Shown: positions 51,601 through 64,000 of the stretch, piece by piece
Layout of the letters: the number at the start of each line of letters is the position of its first letter
Position numbering within the stretch: position 1 is the first letter of the stretch
Source: Eledone cirrhosa
Taxonomy: Eukaryota
Assembly (NCBI GenBank): GCA_964016885.1
Contig: OZ024763.1
Location: forward strand, 7,378,001-7,442,000
DNA length: 64,000 bases
Reading direction: 5' to 3'
The notes under the pieces: model-generated
What the model saw: the letters and a program-made list of their open reading frames with translations, nothing else
Told to the model about the DNA's origin: nothing
Databases searched by the model: none
Position numbers and translations under genes: made by a program

Positions 51601-54600
51601 CCTCCCCCTCTCTCTCTATACATCTCTCTCTCTCCATTCATCCCTCTCCCTCTCTCTATCCATCCCTCTCTCTCTCTCTCTATATCCATCCCTCTCTCTC
51701 CTTCCATGCCTCTCACTCTCTATATCTCTCTCTCCATCCCTACTCCCTCTCTCTCCATCCATCTCTCTATATATATCTCTCCATCCATCCCTCTCTCTCT
51801 CTCCATCCCCCTCTCTCTCTCTCCATCCATCCCCCTCTCTCTCTCTCCATCATACTCCCTCTCTCTATCCATCCATCCCTACTCCCTCTCTCTATCCATC
51901 CCTCTCTCTCTCTCTCTCTACATCCATCCCTCTCTCCTTCCATCCCTCTCTCTCCTTCCATCCTCTCTCCTTCCATCCTCTCTCTCCTTCCATCCCTCTC
52001 TCCATCCATCCCTCTCTCCATCCATCCATCCCTCTCTCTCTCTCTCTCTCCTTCCATCCCCCTCTCTCTCTCCATCCTACTCCCTTTCTCTCTCTCCATC
52101 CATCCCCCTCTCCATCCATCCCCCTCTCTCTCCATCCATCCCCCTCTCTCTCCATCCATCCCCCTCTCTCTCTCCATCCCTTTCTCTCCTTCCATGCCTC
52201 TCACTCTCTATATATCTCTCTCCATCCATCCCTCTCTCTCTCTCCATCCATCACCCTCTCTCCTTCCATTCCTCTCTCTATCCATCCATCCCTCTCTCTC
52301 CATCCATCCCTCTCTCTCTCCATCCCCCTCTCTCTCCATCCCTCTCTCTCCTTCCATGCCTCTCACTCTCTATATATCTCTCTCCATGCATCCCTCACTC
52401 TCTCTCTCCATCCATCCCCCTCTCTCCATCCATCCCTCTCTCTCTATACATCCCTCTCTCTCTCCATCCATCCCTCTCTCTCACTCTCTCCTTCCATTCC
52501 TCTCTGTATCCGTCCATCCCCCTCCCCCTCTCTCTCTCCTTCCATCCCTCTCTCTCTCTATACATCTCTCTCTCTCCATTCATCCCTCTCTCTATCCATC
52601 CCTCTCTCTCTCTCTCTCTCTACATCCATCCCTCTCTACATCCATCCCTCTCTCCTTCCATGCCTCTCACTCTCTATATATATCTCTCCATCCCTCTCTC
52701 TCTCCTTCCATCCCTTTCCCCCCTCTCTCTCTTCCTCTCCTTCCATGCCTCTCTCTCCTTCCATCCCTCTCTCTATATATATCTCTCTCTCCATCCATCC
52801 CCCTCTCTCTCTCTCCATCCATCCCTCTCCCGCTCTCCATCTCCCTCTCTCTATCCATCTCTCTCTCTCTCTCTCTCTCTACATCCATCCCTCTCTCCTT
52901 CCATCCCTCTCTCTCCTTCCATCCCTCTCTCTCTATATATATCTCTCTCTCCATCCATCCCCCTCTCTCTCTCCTTCCATTCCTCTCTCCATCCATCCCC
53001 CTCTCTCTCTCCTTCCATTCCTCTCTCCATCCATCCATCCCTCTCTCTCTCTCCTTCCATTCCTCTCCTTCCATCCCTCTCTCTCTCTCCATCCTACTCC
53101 CTTTCTCTCTCTCCATCCATCCCCCTCTCTCTCCATCCTACTCCCTCTCTCTATCCATCCATCCCTACTCCCTCTCTCCATCCACCCCTCTCTCTCTCCA
53201 CCCCTCTCTCTCTCCTTCTATCCGTTTCCCCCCCTCTCTCTCTCTACATCCATCCCTCTCTCCTTCCATCTCTCTCCCTCTCTCTCTCCATCCATCACCC
53301 TTTCTCTCTCTCCATCCATCACCCTTTCTCTCTCTCCATCCATCACCCTTTCTCTCTCTCCATCCATCCCCCTCTCTCTCTCCATCCATCCCCCTCTCTC
53401 TCTCTCCATCCATCCCTCTCTCTCTCTCTCTTCCTCTCCTTCCATGCCTCACTCTCCATCCCTACTCCCTCTCTCTCCATCCCTACTCTCTTCCTCTCCA
53501 TCCAACCCTCTCTCTTCCTCTCCTTCCATGCCTCTCTCTCCTTCCATCCCTCTCTCTATATATATCTCTCTCTCCATCCATCCCCCTCTCCATCCATCCA
53601 TCCCTCTCTCAAATCCCTCTCCTTCCATCCCCCTCTCTCTCTCTCCATCCATCCCTCTCCCGCTCTCCATCTCCCTCTCTCTCTCTCCTTCCATGCCTCC
53701 CACTCTCTATATATATCTCTCTCCATCCATCCCCCTCTCTCTCTCCATCATTCCCCTCTCTCTCTCTCTCCTTCCATTCCTCTCTCTATCCTTCCATTCC
53801 TCTCTCTATCCAGCCATCCCTACTCTCTCTCTCCATCCATCTCTCTCTCTATCCAGCCATCCCTACTCTCTCTCTCCATCCATCTCTCTCTCCTTCCATC
53901 CCTTTCCCCTCTCTCTCTCTTCCTCTCTCCTTCCATCCCCCTCTCTCCTTCCATCCCCCTCTCTCCTTCCATCCCTCTCTCTCCATCCATCCCTCTCCCC
54001 CTCTCCCCTTCCATCCCTCTCCTGCCATGCCTCTCTCTCTCTATATATATCCCTCTCTCCATCCCCCCTCTCTCTCTCCACCCCCCTCTCTCTCTCCATC
54101 CATCACCCTCTCTCTCTCTCTCCATCCTACTCCCTCTCTCTATCCATCCATCCCTACTCCCTCTCTCCATCCACCCCTCTCTCTCTCTCTCTCTCTTCCG
54201 CTCCATCCATCCCTCTCTCCTTCCATCTCTCTCTCTCTCCTTCCATCCTTCTCTCTCTCTATACATCCCTCTCTCTCCATCCATCACCCTCTCTCTCTCT
54301 CCATCCCTACTCCCTCTCTCCATCCCTACTCCCTCTCTCCTTCCATCACCCTCTCTCTCCATCCCCCTCTCTCTCCATCCTACTCCCTCTCTCTCTTCCT
54401 CTCTCCTTCCATCCCTCTCTCTCTCCTTCCATCCCTCTCTCTCTATACATCCATCTCCCTCTCTATACACCCCTCTCTCTCCCCTTCCATCCCTCTCCTT
54501 CCATGCCTCTCTCTCTCTCCATCCATCCCTCTCTCTCCTTCCATGCCTCACTCTCTCTATATATCTCTCTCCATCCATCCCTCTCTCTCTCCATCCATCC

Positions 54601-55635
54601 CCCTCTCTCTCTCTCTCCATCATACTCCCTCTCTCTATCCATCCATCCCTACTCCCTCTCTCCATCCACCCCTCTCTCTCTCCTTCCATCCGTTTCCCCC
54701 CTCTCTCCTTCCATCTCTCTCTCTCTCTCTCTCTCTCCTACTCCCTCTCTCTCTCCATCCACCCCTCTCTCTCTCCTTCCATCACCCTCTCTCTCTCCTT
54801 CCATCACCCTCTCTCTCTCTCTACATCCCTCTCTCCTTCCATGCCTCTCTCTCTCCATCCATCCCTCTCTCCATCCATCCCTCTCTCTATATATATATCT
54901 CTCTCTCTCTCCATCCATCCCTCTCTCTCTCTCTCCATCCATCCCTCTCTCTCTCTCTCCTTCCATCCCTCTCTCTCTCTCCTTCCATCCCTCTCCCTCT
55001 CTCCTTCCATCCCTCTCTCTCTCTCTCCTTCCATCCCTCTCCCTCTCTCCTTCCATCCCTCTCCTTCCATGCCTCTCTCTCTCTATATATATCCCTCTCT
55101 GTCTCTCTCCTTCCATCCCTCTCTCCTTCCATCCCTCTCCTTCCATGCCTCTCTCTCTCTATATATATATCCCTCTCTCTCTCTCTCCTTCCATCCCTCT
55201 CCCTCTCTCCTTCCATCCCTCTCCTTCCATGCCTCTCTCTATATATATATCCCTCTCTCTCTCCATCCCTCTCCCTCTCTCTCCATCCCTCTCCCTCTCT
55301 CTCTCCTTCCATTCCTCTCTCTCTATCCATCCATCCCCCTCCCCCCTCTCTCTCTCCATCCATCCCTCTCTCTATCCATCTCTCTCTCTCTACTTCCATG
55401 CCTCTCACTCTCTATATATATCTCTCTCTATCCATCCCCCTCTCTCTCCTTCCATTCCTCTCTCTATCCATCCATCCCTACTCCCTCTCTTCTTCCATCC
55501 CTTTCCCCCCTCTCTCTCTTCCTCTCCTTCCATCCCTCTCTCTCTCTCCTTCCATCCCTCTCTCCATCCATCCCTCTCTCTCTCTCCTTTCCCCCCTCTC
55601 TCTCTCTCTTCCTTTCCATCCCTCTCTCCATCCAT
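48653..55635. repeat. Complex polypyrimidine satellite, about 7 kb
   Basis: (CT)n/CCAT/CCTT mosaic with internal duplications (e.g. about 49160-49550 repeated at 49555-49940). Confidence 0.97.
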
Positions 55636-55722
55636 CGCCGTCATATATATATACTTTTTTCCTATTACCTACTCTACTAGTATTGAGTACTCTGGTGCGT
55701 TCTGTTCCATATGGTTCCTTCG

Positions 55723-55781
<59 letters not shown>

Positions 55782-56532
55782 GAGAGAGAAATGTATGTGT
55801 GCTCTGTTACGTGGTCAACTAACTGGCTAAGTAAGAAGCTAAAACTGGCAGAACTTGCGGTCGAATCGCCACCTAGTGTCACAGACGTTGTAGTAACATT
55901 ACATCCCCCTTTCCACTTCTATATCTTCGGTGAGGGAGGGGGGGGGGGGAGTAATTGTGTCATAGAAAAATCACCCTCCCCTTCCCCGTTGTATTTCTAT
56001 AGAGAGAGAGAGAGAGAGAAGTGGTTGAGGTTACAGAAATATTACCTTCCCCTCTCCACTTACTTTGGTAAGTCCAAGAGAACCACTGTTGCTATAGAAA
56101 CATTACCACGTGCCACCAGAGACCAGTTTCTGGCGGTTTCCTTCTCTCAACTGTCACCTCTTAGAGACTTTCATATTTGCCAGTATATATAATATATTCT
56201 ATATAATATACATACCATATATTACAATATAATAGAATATTTACTGTTTATTATACAATATATATAATGTATATTGTGTATATAATATTTATTATAATAT
56301 ACAATATATATTTAAATAATATTTATAATATATATAATATATATTATATTATAAATATGTTTCAGGCAGGACCTGCTGGAAGGCAAGTTAGACGAGTTAC
56401 CACCACGTGACCCTGCTTGGAATATGTTGGCAAACTAGAAGAAAATATATAGGATATATTTTAGGGACAAGACAGGCAGACAGGCACACCGTACAAGACT
56501 GCACAACCTACTACACTACACCACGGCCCTGC

Positions 56533-56571
<39 letters not shown>

Positions 56572-59500
56572 TCCTCTCTCTCTCTCTCTCTCCCTTCCTC
56601 TCTCTCTATCCATTTCTCTCTCTCTCCATCCATCTCCCTTGTTTCTCTTCTCTCTCTCATCTCTCTTGTTTCTCTCTCTTCTCTCTCTCATCTCTCTCTC
56701 ATCTCTCATCTCTCTCGTTTCTCTCCCTTCTCTCTCTCCTTTCTCTGCTTCCTCTGTCTCTCCTCTCTATTGTTTCTCTAGTCTCTCCCTCCTCTCTCTC
56801 GTCTCTCTCTCCTCTCTCTCGTCTTTCTCTTCCCTCCTCCCCTCACTCCTTTCTCCCTCCCCTCACTCCTCTCTCCCTCCCCTCTCTCCCTCCCTCTCTC
56901 CTCACTTTGTTTTTCTCCTCTCTCTCTTTCTTGTTTCTCTCTCCTCTCCCTCCTCTCTTTCTTGTTTCTCTCTCCTCTCCCTCCTCTCTTCCTTCTCTCA
57001 TCTCTCTCTCTCTTCTCCCCTCTCCCCCATCTCTGTCTCATTTCTCTCATTTCTCCTCACTCTCTCGTGTTTCTCTCAGAAGAATATGTAAGAATTGGAA
57101 GATGGCTAACCACGATGAAGCAAAACAGCGAGACGGATAATGGAAATAATAAAACGTTCTTTTTCTTAACTAAATGCTGAAAAATCTAAAATCTAAGACA
57201 GGATAAAAATATAAAGACTATTTAAATATTAGTACACTATTCCATATAAATGTCAAGACTTGAAAATATCAACATTAGTTCACTATACCAAGGATAAACA
57301 CTTTGATTAATCTCCTCAAGTTGTAATTCTAACGAGTGACATGATAGTACAATGGTCATCTCTTCTTATATTTCTATGTATAACATAACAATGCTCCTTA
57401 CATTTATCCCAGGTATATGGAGGGATATTCCGATGTCTATTGTTTGTAAAATAATGCAATAAGGAAACGCCATCATCCAGTAAACTTTAGTTTACTGGAT
57501 GATGGCGTCTCAGCCGCAATTTACGGTAGAAAATAGTAAGAAAAATAAAAGTCACACTCAGCAGTTAATGCAGTGAAAACAAACAATAACAATATTATTA
57601 CTAAATAATTATAATTTCTTACATTCAATAATTCTTTTTCTTAAACACGTAATTTATTTCAAATTTGTCGTATCATATATATACTGTTTGTGTGTCTTTG
57701 TTTGTCAAGTGATTGACGGGGAGAAGCCGATCGATTAAATTGAACCTATAAAAATGACTGGTACTCTATTTTTCTGCTATAAAATTGTAAATTAATATCC
57801 ACCGAGAACACAAAGGTGGTGTAATATCATTTAAAAATTAGAAATTGAGTTATAAATATGTGTGTTCAGGGTTGTTGGTATTAAGTAACATAAAATGTCG
57901 TTAGGAGTTCAATATTTAGCTGGGGATATAGAATTTCTTTAAATTATTTCTTGTACCAGTAGCGAACTGGGATCGAAACCATTATGTTATTCGGACGAAA
58001 GAAATATACAAGCTTAGCTCAATCTAGTTGGAGTTACGGGACATTACTGCAAAGCACATCACTGTAGGTTCCAATCTTACAAATAAATTGTTAAATGTCA
58101 CTTTTATCAATGTAAGTCGCACACAGGATTTAGGTATGGCAGATTTGAAATTAGTGAACATTATTGCAGGTTCAAATAAACACTAGGGCGTTAAGAAATA
58201 AAATGAATATTTACTTCATGAAAGACGAAGTCGACGCTTTCTAATAACAGCAACACTAAGAAAGGCATGAACGCCACAGTAAGTAAGGTACTCAATATAT
58301 ATCAGAGTATAAATATTTCATATAGAAATGTCTTCTACGGGACTAGAACTGTTTCATTCGGAAAAAACCCATCAGGAAAGCCCTTGATTTCTTTCGAATG
58401 AAACCGTTCTAGTCCTGCAGAAGCCACACACACATATGTATGTATGTGTGTTCATAAGCCCAATTGTCTATGATAATAAGGTCCCCCCCCCCCATCTTTG
58501 TATATTTATATGTCGATGTCTATTTCCACATGGCACATCTGGTCCTCGATGTTGTCACCGCCTGCTTTACGTAGTATCTTAACTATCTAATATTTATTCA
58601 GAGAGGTTCTCCCTTCATATCACAAATATTCCTTTCTGACTCACTGAAAACTTGTCTTGCATCATCGAGTAAAAGAGATCTAAAGAATCTGTCTGATGTT
58701 GCTATATATGGATGTAGCGACCTATAACTTGTGAGGGTGTCCTAGAGGCCCCACATTGACAGTCAGGGTGTCTAGGATACTTTGTAAAAGTTGACAGATC
58801 CCATCTCCACCCCCAGATCTCTTACAGAGAGTGAGAGAAAGGAATTGAGAAAAAGATATAGAAGAATCGACCCTAGTACTACACTGGTACTTGTTTCTAA
58901 CTACCTCGAATGGTACAATAGCGAAACCTAAACTTTGATGTACCTATATAAGTCATACCTGTTCTATATGTGATGTGCGTACATATATGTATGTAAGTGT
59001 ACCTGGCGTTGCAAGTTCGGTTTTCGTAAGTGTCTGAGAATTTTTACATGAGCAAGCATGTGTCCTGATGATTAGTCAATCGTTATTATGATGGTATATG
59101 GTATGTGCTTTTAATATATATGTATGTATATTTACATAGAAGTGAGTAAATATGAATGTATGGGTATATATAAATAAAAATGGTCTTTCTAATTGCTAAT
59201 ACTATCTATCGGTCGAAACTCCAGGTAGAAGTATGTGTGTGTGTGTGTGTGAAATCCTTGGTGCAGTCAGGTATATTTAAAAAAAAATAAATGACTTCAT
59301 TTGTAGTTCTAAATCAAATTGTTTAGAACTACAAGTCAAGTCATTCTTTTCCTTTTTACAAATATATATATATATATATATGAAAATATAATGGGAAGAG
59401 GTGAGTATTATAACTTTTATAAGAAATAAAGATCTAAAGACGAGTGATATAATTGTTATTACAGTATTCCAGAAGTAAAATATAGATCTGAAGACGAAAG

Positions 59501-61449
59501 AAAATTTCATCAACGAAATCGTAATGTACACCAACGAAAATATGTCTACAGAATACAGATTAGTAAAATAAAGTTGGAGCAACTAAATGAGAGGTCACTT
59601 AACTTTACATATTTATATCGTGAAAAATGTTGATCTTCAGATATTAAATTATGGATGTGATTGTTTGTCTTTCTTTAAACACAGTCTTCTTTTTAAAATT
59701 AATTTTAGATTATTCGTACCTCATCTCTGGTCTCTTTTGATGGAGTCTACCTGTCCTGTTTATTGGTTTTATTTTAAAAGTAATCCATTGGAACATCGGA
59801 TATTAAATGAAATGTTACGTAAAAGACACACCATATGTTTATTCCAGGTATTTAGAGAGATGTCCACTGACAACAAAATAATACAATAAGGAAATGCCAT
59901 CATCCAGTAAAACTTTGTAATAATCCAGTCTCGTCACACTCACCGTTTACAGTAAACAATGGTAAGAACAAACAAAAACAAGAGAACTATTCAGCAGTTA
60001 ATGAAGTGAATACATAAAATTAAAAAAAAAAACATTCCTGAATAAAATAAATATTTTACTTTCTTTTATAAAACACATTTATTAATAGGAATTAAGCACA
60101 GCATTGTAGGTTCAAATCTTACTTGCATGTATATATAGGAACCACGTTTAACAATTTACGCTGGAATGAGGTATGACATTATTGCAGACGGAGTTGTTGT
60201 AGGTCCAAATCAAGCCAAGAGCAATGAGAAAGTCTAGATTTACTTTACCTCACACATATTTCACGGTCATATGTCTATATATATATATAGACATATACAT
60301 ACATATATATATATATATATACATAGATATATATACATATGTAGACATATATACATAGATATATATACATATATATGTCGACATATATACACAGATATAT
60401 ATACATATATATGTAGACATATATACATACATACATAAATATATACATATATATATATACATATATATACATATTCTTTCCTGAGACATTCTAACCACAT
60501 GTCCATAGTATCAGAGCTGTGATCTCTCAGTTGGGAGAAGTAGCAGCTCTACCTGGAGTGACTCTCTCATCTCTGAGCTACACACTTTATCAAGTAACAT
60601 TACTCCAAAGACCCTTTCGAGGAACCCCATTTTGGCTGCTTGTATTCGCTTTTAACTCTACTAACTCAGTACTAAGTCAGTACTAACTTTAGTTAAATCT
60701 ACTAAATACCATAGTGCAGCACTGAAGCTCTAAAGTGCCATACTGTGGCACCCTAGTTCGGGAGTTCAATAGTGTGTTACTCTTGCTCCCTATTGCCCTA
60801 TACACATACATGTATATATATATATATATACACACATATATATAAACACATACATATATATATATATAAACATACATGCTTACGTATATATATATATATA
60901 TTACGTGTTGAAAATTCTATCAGTTGATGAAACAACAATATGGCATTGAAATATATATTCAACCTCAAAATTGATTTATTTTCTATTGCAGACTTCCAAT
61001 GTTATGTTTAGAATTGTTCCTGACGATGTCTTTCTAAAGATGTGTAACATGTAATAGCAATGAAACAAGTGTTGATCAAATAAATAATTTATAAACTGTT
61101 GAACTTGGTGACTTATTTCTTTGTTTTATATATATATATAGAGAGAGAGATATGTGTGTGTGTGTGTGTATGTATATATATATACGGAATTATTGAATGT
61201 TCCAATCTTGCCTATATTGATGAGAAGCTAAGAGAAAACCGAACATCTGCAACAATATTGGTTCCATATTGAAAGTAGGTTGATATATATTCATTTTCAG
61301 TGAGGTTTTACATCCGTTTTGGTGACCCAGTGGTATGTATTAGAGGTGAATGCTTTCCTGGTCGTGAGTTCGATCTGAATCAGGATATAATCTCACTAAA
61401 TCTTACATTTTTTTCTCTTATAAAATGGAAAAGTAAGACCCCCTTAATG

Positions 61450-61526
61450 TATGTCTTCATTGAAAACCAAACCAGGTCCTCCACCGTCTCTAATAACCCC
61501 CACTAGGCCACCGTAACAATAACAGC
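61450..61526 (-). ncRNA. Two-hairpin tRNA-like gene, diverged convergent partner (truncated at 29100-29134 in block 1)
   Basis: Minus strand gtggcctagtggggg...ttagagacggtggaggacctggtttggttttcaat; upstream TATA and conserved motif retained at about 61548-61602. Confidence 0.35.
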
Positions 61527-61647
61527 TACAGAACTAATTGAAATTTAATATATATGAAACTACTTTCTATTAGCAAGCTAAATAGATGTGGTTACATTCA
61601 TGCTGGTTCCGTCTTATTAACACTACATAGGACGGTGTCTTGGCAGA

Positions 61648-61836
61648 GGCGGTGTATTAGCAGAATCGGTAGAGGTTCAAACGCTATGCTTCCCAGCATA
61701 GAGTTACGGCCCTTGCCATTCTGAGTTCAAATCCCGCCGAGGTTAACTTTGCCTTTCATCTTTACAGGGTCGATAAAATAAAGTACCAGTAATACACTGG
61801 GATAATTGCTGGCCTTGTGCCAAAATTAGAAACAAT
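61648..61836 (+). mobile_element. tRNA-derived SINE, full length (only the 3' end survives at 29135-29198)
   Basis: ggcggtgtattagcagaatcggtag ... gagttcaaatcccgccgagg ... agaaacaat. Confidence 0.85.
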
Positions 61837-64000
61837 ATAACATATAAATATTTATTTATATATATATGTGTGTGTGTTTTATTTGAACGTACAACTTCGC
61901 TATATAAATCTGTTTTTATTTGTTAATAATTACATAAATGTAACTCTACAAACCCTGCTAAGGATTGAAACCCTGACTACACATTTACAGCAACAACATA
62001 ATAATTTCTGGTTTAAAATAACCTTGTGTAATTCTTGGTAGAGATTGAACCTCGTCACTTTATCTCACTGTTTAGTCTTTCCAATTAACACCCTATATAA
62101 AGGCAGTTTGTTCTGACTTCACAGCTGATGTTCACAGTTGTCGAATAATTACCACCACTCATGCTAAACACACTGCCAGTTAGATCTGGGCAGCGACGAG
62201 GGAAGGTCGTGTTACTTCTACCTCTAATGAACAACATACATATGTTATCCATTAGAGAACAATACACAAGAGAAAGAATTAAATTGAGAATGTCAATCTA
62301 TGGAGACATCTTACAATATTTTTTGGGATGTAAGACCCCCTTAGTTTTAAGAACAAATGTACTGAAACACGAAATAAGAAATTAATTGAAATGGAACACA
62401 CATAGATTTTAAGACATGTTTATTTTCAAGACAAAATGATTGGGGGAAGTGTAAATATGCAGCTATCCTTGTTCATGGAGTGTGTGTATATATATGTATA
62501 TATATATATGTTTATTATATTCGTACCTTTAAGGAAAGGGAAGACGGTTTTTTATTTTTTTATTTTTTTTGTTTTTTCGGGTAGAAAAGTACCCCTTATT
62601 CCCCACCCCACAAAAAAATATATTTCGAATATGTATATTTTAATTGAAAGGTGGCTAACCATGTTAAAGGCAAAAAGTAGCAAGTGAGACGATAGGAATA
62701 ATAATTTACCTAGCTAAATGCAAAAAAATTTTAAATTATCGATGAATGATATGAGCGACACCACGTAGAGTATTCCGTAGGGACATGGACGCACGACAGA
62801 AAATATTGAAAGAATCCAGAGAAGAACAAAAAATAAAACAAGAATTAAGAAATCTGTCTTGAGAATAAAGATGTAAAAACTTAGAAATTACAACTTGGGA
62901 GGAGATAAAACAAAGGGGAGACATGATAGAAATATTTAAGATGATGGAAGGACTTGACATTACGGAAGAAAATGTAAATCTAAGAAGAGGATACCATTAT
63001 ACTGTTTATAAGATACAATGCTCTAAAGACATCAGAAAATATATATTTCTCAAAGAGATATTAGTGAATGGAATAGTTTAAATGATGGAGTAGACGACAC
63101 AACAGTAAATGATGATAAAAATATATGACAGATGAAGAACGAATGAATACATTAAAATATTTGTGATGCTGAGTAAAAGTGAGCAGAAAGCATTGTAGTG
63201 AATTTGATCATGCTATGGCAATAAGAAAAGAACTCAGTAAATCTCGCAACGCTTCAAAATATATCAACTAACTTAGAATGGTATCAATTGGCTTGGACAT
63301 AACTACAGTTTAGTCGTCACTCCATGAATTTGTTCACGGTGAATATATTTTACATGAAAATATACAGAGATCCGTCTTCCATGATGTAGATTACGATAAT
63401 GTCGGTGAAACTCATTAATTTACTTCAAATACTTTCATTATTGTATGTAGTTAAGTTCGTTAAAGATTTCGTGTACTAAAAACTTACGTACTGTGTTTGT
63501 AGTCGGCTAAATATAAACTTGAAAATTCGTTAATTATGCCTGTCTTCGAATCTCATGTTGATAAAGTATAATATCAATCAGAATAATGTCATAGATTTTC
63601 TACATAATCGGAATGTCATTTCTAAAACTACGAATTACTTGAAAAATTACAAAACACAACACAAAAACAATGTTTACCTTCGAAAGTATATGTCTATAAA
63701 ATATGTATTATTAGAAGTAAGTTTTAAGAAAACGAGTCAGATGTGAGAGGAGGGGCATTAAACTATATTTATGTCGTGAAAAATGTCTAACTTCAGACAT
63801 TAAATTGCGGCTAAGATTCTTTCTGCTATCGAGTGTTCCTTTGAACGTCAATTTTTAAATATTTGTCTCTCTTTAAAGATGGATTATCTTTTGAAAAACT
63901 AATGTTAGATTATTCGTGGTTGGTCTGTGTGGTTTGTTTTAAAATAGAATCTGTCTCATAGACAGGTCAAATTTGATCAAGTCGAACATGTCTGTAAAAC

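Larger units (their letters stand above)
32632..64000. repeat. ~32.5-kb segmental duplication, copy 2 (runs off window end)
   Basis: Colinear with copy 1. Lacks the equivalent of ~2037-5030 (replaced by ~150 bp at 34662-34815) and has extra segments at about 36990-37580, 42927-43075 and 61489-61771. Confidence 0.95.

Overview
AT-rich, repeat-dense eukaryotic DNA. The SINE and MITE families resemble those I recall from octopod cephalopods (inference, no database check). No intact protein-coding gene is evident, and nearly all long ORFs in the track are low-complexity artefacts. The window holds two tandem, highly similar copies of a ~32.5-kb block (about 1-32600 and 32600-64000). Each block is built from older, diverged ~3.5-3.8-kb units whose borders are inverted (convergent) pairs of a ~77-nt tRNA-like element. 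At least 15 copies of that element carry Pol III A/B boxes, a TATA at -31, a conserved upstream motif and downstream oligo-T, but they fold as two long hairpins rather than a cloverleaf. This candidate small-RNA gene family is the most interesting signal. The units also carry decayed CR1/L2-like RT, Penelope-like remnants with hammerhead-ribozyme-like motifs, and LRR-like pseudogene fragments. A ~13-kb insert carries phase-compatible exons of an unidentified broken gene, an RTE LINE fragment, SINEs, MITEs, a 24-bp minisatellite and 5-7 kb pyrimidine tracts. All alignments and folds were done by eye, so boundaries are approximate.
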